Position numbers and translations under genes: made by a program
Part shown: positions 59,855 to 64,000 of the stretch, one piece after another
Layout: each line of letters starts with the position of its first letter
Numbering within the stretch: the stretch's first letter is position 1
The notes under the pieces: model-generated
Told to the model about the DNA's origin: nothing
The model's input: only the letters and a program-made list of their open reading frames with translations
The model's database searches: none
Origin: an uncultured Carnobacteriaceae bacterium
GTDB lineage: Bacteria > Bacillota > Bacilli > Lactobacillales > Aerococcaceae
NCBI GenBank assembly: GCA_963814755.1
Contig: CAWFEB010000006.1
Span: 7,995 to 71,994 of the forward strand
Direction of reading: 5' to 3'
DNA: 64,000 nt

Positions 59855-60250
59855 ATGGCAGACCACAAAAATTTTTATTACACAAAAGAGCATGAATGGG
59901 TAGAAAAAATCACGGATGATACGGTACGCATCGGCATCACGGAACATGCGGCGGAACAACTGGGCGACATCGTGTTCGTCGATTATGTTGCCGATCTGGA
60001 TGCGGAATTGGCCAAAGGGGACGAAGCGGTCACTGTCGAATCCGTAAAATCCGTTTCCGAAGTCTATGCGCCTGTGTCCGGAACGGTGATTAAGCAAAAT
60101 GAGGCTTTGGCTGATGCGCCTGAAACCGTCAATGCGGAAGCTTTTGCAGGCGGCTGGATGTACGAAATGCGCTTGAGCGATGCCAGCGAATTGGATGAAT
60201 TGTTGAGCTACGACGAATACGAAGCATTCGTGGCCGAGGAGGAAGCATAA
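59855..60250 (+). CDS. gcvH: glycine cleavage system H protein
   Basis: YTKEHEWV and the lipoyl-Lys motif ESVKSVSEVYAP. Confidence 0.9.
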   Translation: MADHKNFYYTKEHEWVEKITDDTVRIGITEHAAEQLGDIVFVDYVADLDAELAKGDEAVTVESVKSVSEVYAPVSGTVIKQNEALADAPETVNAEAFAGGWMYEMRLSDASELDELLSYDEYEAFVAEEEA

Positions 60251-60251
60251 A

Positions 60252-61607
60252 ATGACTGAGGAGCGATTCCGTTATTTACCGGATACAGCCGAAGACGAGA
60301 AGGAAATGCTGGCTGTCATCGGGGTTAAAAGCATGGAGGACCTGTTCACGGATATCCCTGAAGAGATCCGTCTGAAGGAAGAGTTGGCGATTCCGGCTGC
60401 CGTCTCCGAATCGGAACTATTGAAGCAAATGAAAGCTTTGGCCGAAAAAAACGTCAGCGCTGGGCAGATGCCGATCTTCATGGGCGCCGGTACTTACGAT
60501 CATTACATTCCGAGCGTGGTCGATGCAGTGATTTCGCGCTCCGAATTCTATACGGCCTATACCCCTTATCAGGCGGAAGCCAGTCAAGGGGAGCTGCAGG
60601 CGATTTTTGAATTCCAATCGATGATCAGCGAATTGACCGGGATGGAAGCGACAAACTCTTCCTTATATGATGGGTTCGCTTCCTTGAGCGAAGCAGTCGG
60701 TTTGGCAGCGGCAGTCACGAAACGGAACGAAATCGTGCTTTCGCAGGCGGTCCATCCGAACGCCCGTGCCGTCATCCATGCCGCCGCAAAAGGTCGCGGA
60801 CTGGAAGTCATCGAAGTGTTGATGGAGAAGGATGTCACCAACTTCAATGTGACGCGATGCCTGACGACTCCGGATACCGCGGCGATCGTTGTCCAGTACC
60901 CGAATTTCTTCGGATCGGTGGAAGATTTGGCTGTCGTCAAAAAGATTGCCGAAGACAAAGGGGCGCTGTTGATCGTGATGGCCAATCCGTTGGCGCTGGG
61001 AATCCTCGAAGCGCCCGGCAATTTGGGTGCGGATATCGTCGTCGGCGACACGCAGCCGTTCGGTTTGCCGATGTCATTCGGGGGACCGCACTGCGGTTAC
61101 TTCTCCGTGAATCAAAAGCATATCCGCAAAGTTCCCGGCAGAATCGTCGGGGAAACCGTGGATGCGGATGGAGAGCGCGCCTTTGTGCTGACGCTCCAAA
61201 GCAGGGAGCAGCATATCCGCCGCGAAAAAGCGACCTCCTACATGAGTTCGAACCAAGCCTTGAATGCGTTGGCTTCCGCTGTCTGCATGGCTGCCCTCGG
61301 GAAGCAGGGCGTCCAGGAAATGGCGCAGCTGAACGTCGACAAAGCGGCTTATTTTGCCCAGGCATTGCAGGATAAAGGCTTCGCGATCCTGAACCAGTCG
61401 CCGTTCTTCAATGAGTTCGTCATCGATCTGCCATTCCCGGCCGAAGAAGCGAATCAGGCTTTGCTGGAGGCGGGCATCATCGGCGGTTACAGCTTGGCGG
61501 AAACCTATAAAAAGCCGAATCAGTTGCTGGTTTGTGCCACCGAAAAACGCACGAAGGAAGAAATCGACCGATTCATTGCGGTATTGGAGGGTATGAACCA
61601 TGCGTAA
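60252..61607 (+). CDS. gcvPA: glycine dehydrogenase (decarboxylating) subunit 1
   Basis: 451 aa with [13 protein letters not shown] and [14 protein letters not shown]. Confidence 0.9.
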   Translation: MTEERFRYLPDTAEDEKEMLAVIGVKSMEDLFTDIPEEIRLKEELAIPAAVSESELLKQMKALAEKNVSAGQMPIFMGAGTYDHYIPSVVDAVISRSEFYTAYTPYQAEASQGELQAIFEFQSMISELTGMEATNSSLYDGFASLSEAVGLAAAVTKRNEIVLSQAVHPNARAVIHAAAKGRGLEVIEVLMEKDVTNFNVTRCLTTPDTAAIVVQYPNFFGSVEDLAVVKKIAEDKGALLIVMANPLALGILEAPGNLGADIVVGDTQPFGLPMSFGGPHCGYFSVNQKHIRKVPGRIVGETVDADGERAFVLTLQSREQHIRREKATSYMSSNQALNALASAVCMAALGKQGVQEMAQLNVDKAAYFAQALQDKGFAILNQSPFFNEFVIDLPFPAEEANQALLEAGIIGGYSLAETYKKPNQLLVCATEKRTKEEIDRFIAVLEGMNHA

Positions 61608-63048
61608 AACGAAAAATGTGATTTTTGAATTAAGCCGTCCGGGTCGCGTTGGCTACAGCCTGCCGAAGAGCGATGTCCCCAAAACGGATTTCAAAGCCAA
61701 ACTTCCGGAGCACCTTGTCCGCAAACAGCCGGCCGAACTGCCGGAAATCAGCGAACTGCAGCTGATGCGCCATTACACCAACCTTTCCCAGGACAACTTC
61801 GGCGTGGAAAACGGCTTTTATCCGCTGGGATCCTGTACGATGAAATACAACCCGAAAATCAATGAAGTGACCGCCCGTTTGGACGGTTTCGCCAACATCC
61901 ATCCGTATCAACCGGTGGAGACCGTCCAAGGCGCACTGCAACTGATGCATGAACTGCAGGATGATCTGGCGGTCATCACCGGCATGGACGGCGTTTCCCT
62001 GCAGCCGGCAGCCGGAGCGCACGGCGAATGGACAGGATTGATGATGGTGCGTGCCTACCATGAAAAAAATGGCGACCTGCAACGCACGAAAGTCTTTGTG
62101 CCGGACAGCGCCCATGGGACCAACCCATCCAGTGCGCATATCGCGGGCTTCGACGTGGTAAGCATCCCGTCGACCGCTGAAGGCTTGGTCGATCTCGAAG
62201 CCTTGCGCAATGCAGTCGATGACCAAACCGCAGCTTTGATGCTGACGAATCCGAATACGTTGGGTCTTTTTGAGCGCGACATTGTTCAGATTGCGGAAAT
62301 CATCCACGGAGCAGGCGGATTGCTTTATTACGACGGCGCGAACCTGAACGCCATCCTCAGCAAAACGACGCCGGGCACGATGGGCTTCGATATCGTCCAC
62401 CTGAACCTGCACAAGACCTTCAGCACACCGCATGGCGGCGGAGGCCCAGGAGCCGGTCCGGTAGGCGTAAAAGCATACTTGAAGGAGTTCCTGCCGATCC
62501 CGAGAGTGGAAAAGACGGAAGATGGCTATGTGCTTAACAGCAATCATCCCGCTTCAATCGGCCCGGTCAAAGGCTATTACGGCAACTTCGGCGTCCTTGT
62601 CCGGGCGTACACCTACATCCGCACGATGGGTCCGGTCGGTTTGCGCAAAGTATCCGAGAGCGCCGTACTGCATGCCAATTATCTGCGCAAGCTTCTCGAA
62701 AATGATTTCGACACGCCGTACCCGGTCATCTGCAAGCACGAATTCGTCCTTTCCGGCAACCGCCAGAAGAAGGGCGGTGTGCGGACTTTGGACATGGCCA
62801 AACGTTTGCTGGATTACGGCTACTACGCTCCGACCGTCTATTTCCCGCTGATCGTCGAGGAAGCCTTGATGATCGAACCGACGGAAACCGAAAGCAAGGA
62901 AACGCTCGATGACTTCGCGGACGCGCTGATCGCAATCGCCCGCGAAGCCGCCGAAACGCCGGAAACCGTCACCCAGGCCCCGCATCATACATCGGTCAGA
63001 CGACTGGATGAAGTGCGCGCTGCAAGAGTGATCAAGGTGAAATACTGA
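61600..63048 (+). CDS. gcvPB: glycine dehydrogenase (decarboxylating) subunit 2
   Basis: 482 aa. Overlaps gcvPA by 8 nt. The PLP-Lys region is [18 protein letters not shown]. Confidence 0.9.
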   Translation: MRKTKNVIFELSRPGRVGYSLPKSDVPKTDFKAKLPEHLVRKQPAELPEISELQLMRHYTNLSQDNFGVENGFYPLGSCTMKYNPKINEVTARLDGFANIHPYQPVETVQGALQLMHELQDDLAVITGMDGVSLQPAAGAHGEWTGLMMVRAYHEKNGDLQRTKVFVPDSAHGTNPSSAHIAGFDVVSIPSTAEGLVDLEALRNAVDDQTAALMLTNPNTLGLFERDIVQIAEIIHGAGGLLYYDGANLNAILSKTTPGTMGFDIVHLNLHKTFSTPHGGGGPGAGPVGVKAYLKEFLPIPRVEKTEDGYVLNSNHPASIGPVKGYYGNFGVLVRAYTYIRTMGPVGLRKVSESAVLHANYLRKLLENDFDTPYPVICKHEFVLSGNRQKKGGVRTLDMAKRLLDYGYYAPTVYFPLIVEEALMIEPTETESKETLDDFADALIAIAREAAETPETVTQAPHHTSVRRLDEVRAARVIKVKY

Positions 63049-63064
63049 TTTGATTCCATAAAAA

Positions 63065-63110
63065 GAACAGCCCCCGACGATCCATTTTAATGGATAAGCG
63101 GGGGCTGTTC
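63065..63110. terminator. bidirectional terminator
   Basis: GAACAGCCCCCG / CGGGGGCTGTTC 12-bp stem. The A-run upstream gives a good T-run for the minus-strand gene. Confidence 0.8.
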
Positions 63111-63126
63111 GTTGTATTTGTGCTGA

Positions 63127-63456
63127 TTATTGTGCGACAGTCTGTTCCAGCAACAGGTTCATGTTCAGGAAGCCGCGCTCGCTTTTCAGTTGGAAAGCAC
63201 GCTTAGTGGCGTTGAAGTCAACAACATTGTCGCTGTCGAGGAAAACCAGTGCCCATTTCTGAGCGGGGACAGGTCCGATGTTCGTTTCGATCACGGCATC
63301 GTATTCCGCCATTCCGGCATCATTGACCTTCAGCATGAAGATCCCGGTGCTCGGGCAGCCGCAATCTTCGCCGACCGCATAGAACAGGCTGATGTCCTTA
63401 AGGTCGTAACGTTTTTGGATTTCCGCGATTGCGGAATCGGTAAAAGTGAATTTCAT
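63127..63456 (-). CDS. HesB/YneR-like iron-sulfur cluster biosynthesis family protein
   Basis: ATG 63456 follows AAAGGGA. 109 aa. The pattern MKFTFTDSAIAEI...GEDCGCPSTGIF is YneR-like. Confidence 0.5.
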   Translation of the reverse strand: MKFTFTDSAIAEIQKRYDLKDISLFYAVGEDCGCPSTGIFMLKVNDAGMAEYDAVIETNIGPVPAQKWALVFLDSDNVVDFNATKRAFQLKSERGFLNMNLLLEQTVAQ

Positions 63457-63603
63457 AATATAATCCCTTTCTTTCTGTATGTTAACCGCAAGTGACCGTT
63501 CGGGGAAACTGCCTATCCGGTTTTCTTTTCTTACTATAAGTATACGACATATCGCCCAAAAAACAAGAAAAGCCATCTTCCGAGTGGAGGATGACTTTGC
63601 TAG

Positions 63604-64000
63604 TTAATCTGCTTTAACAGGCTGTTTTCGTTTGCGGATATACCAAATGATGACAGCGATTCCGATAATAGCGATGATCACGTAGGCGATGTTGGAATAG
63701 ATATCCATGTAATGGACAATCGTTTCCCATTGCGAGCCGACCGCCGCGCCCAGGTAAATCAGGACGGTGTTCCAGATGATGGTACCGACAGTCGTAAAGA
63801 GAAGGAAAAGGCCGAAGTTCATGTTCGCCATCCCGGCAGGCAATGAAATCAAGCTCCGGATCAACGGCACGAAGCGGCAGAAGAAGACTGTCCAGAAACC
63901 GTAGCGATCGAACCACGAATCCGCTTTGTGGATATCAGCATGCGTGATGCGCAGGATGTTGCCGTACTTATCAACGATTTTGTCCAATCTTTCGACATCC
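63604..64000 (-). CDS. DedA family membrane protein, C-terminal part (5' end outside the window)
   Basis: The frame is open to the window edge. Contains the DedA motif FFCRFVPLIRSLISLPAG. Confidence 0.8.
   Translation of the reverse strand, partial: DVERLDKIVDKYGNILRITHADIHKADSWFDRYGFWTVFFCRFVPLIRSLISLPAGMANMNFGLFLLFTTVGTIIWNTVLIYLGAAVGSQWETIVHYMDIYSNIAYVIIAIIGIAVIIWYIRKRKQPVKAD

Overview
The window reads as a mostly housekeeping chromosomal segment from a Firmicutes/Lactobacillales-like organism at about 47-50% GC. Supporting this: a mevalonate pathway operon (mvaK1-mvaD-mvaK2-fni), murB next to potABCD, Zur- and DtxR-type operators, and lipoprotein lipoboxes. I support about 55 protein genes: gntK (partial), gpx, pta, tsaE, a zinc-binding lipoprotein, exoA, murB, potABCD, ridA, sdaAB/sdaAA, rpiA, pdp, mgtC, azlCD, coaA, guaA, an Mn ABC transporter, a PadR/DUF2812 pair, putP, speA-speB, gltB-gltD, pyc and gcvT-H-PA-PB. 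I found no rRNA, tRNA, CRISPR array, transposase or phage genes. Seven points deserve a second look. (1) An S-box (SAM-I)-like riboswitch with an antiterminator/terminator platform sits upstream of speA-speB, which is an unusual regulon member. (2) Four tandem 52-54 bp repeats each carry TGTCCGAT-N11-ATCGGACA, and a solo copy lies 37 kb away. (3) Two homologous GC-rich multi-hairpin elements in inverted orientation bracket a 540-aa membrane protein gene. (4) A roughly 370-nt promoter-to-terminator unit has no ORF and is a candidate structured sRNA. (5) A strong promoter drives a 20-codon uORF whose 3' end overlaps a terminator stem, upstream of an orphan ABC substrate-binding protein. (6) A 108-bp palindromic insertion with 15-bp direct repeats sits at the potD stop codon. 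(7) Five genes (sdaAB, fni, Mn-binding lipoprotein, FUSC, gltD) are each split by a +1 frameshift. These could be pseudogenes, or a systematic single-base insertion error in the assembly. Product calls rest on my reading of the translated motifs; no database search was possible.
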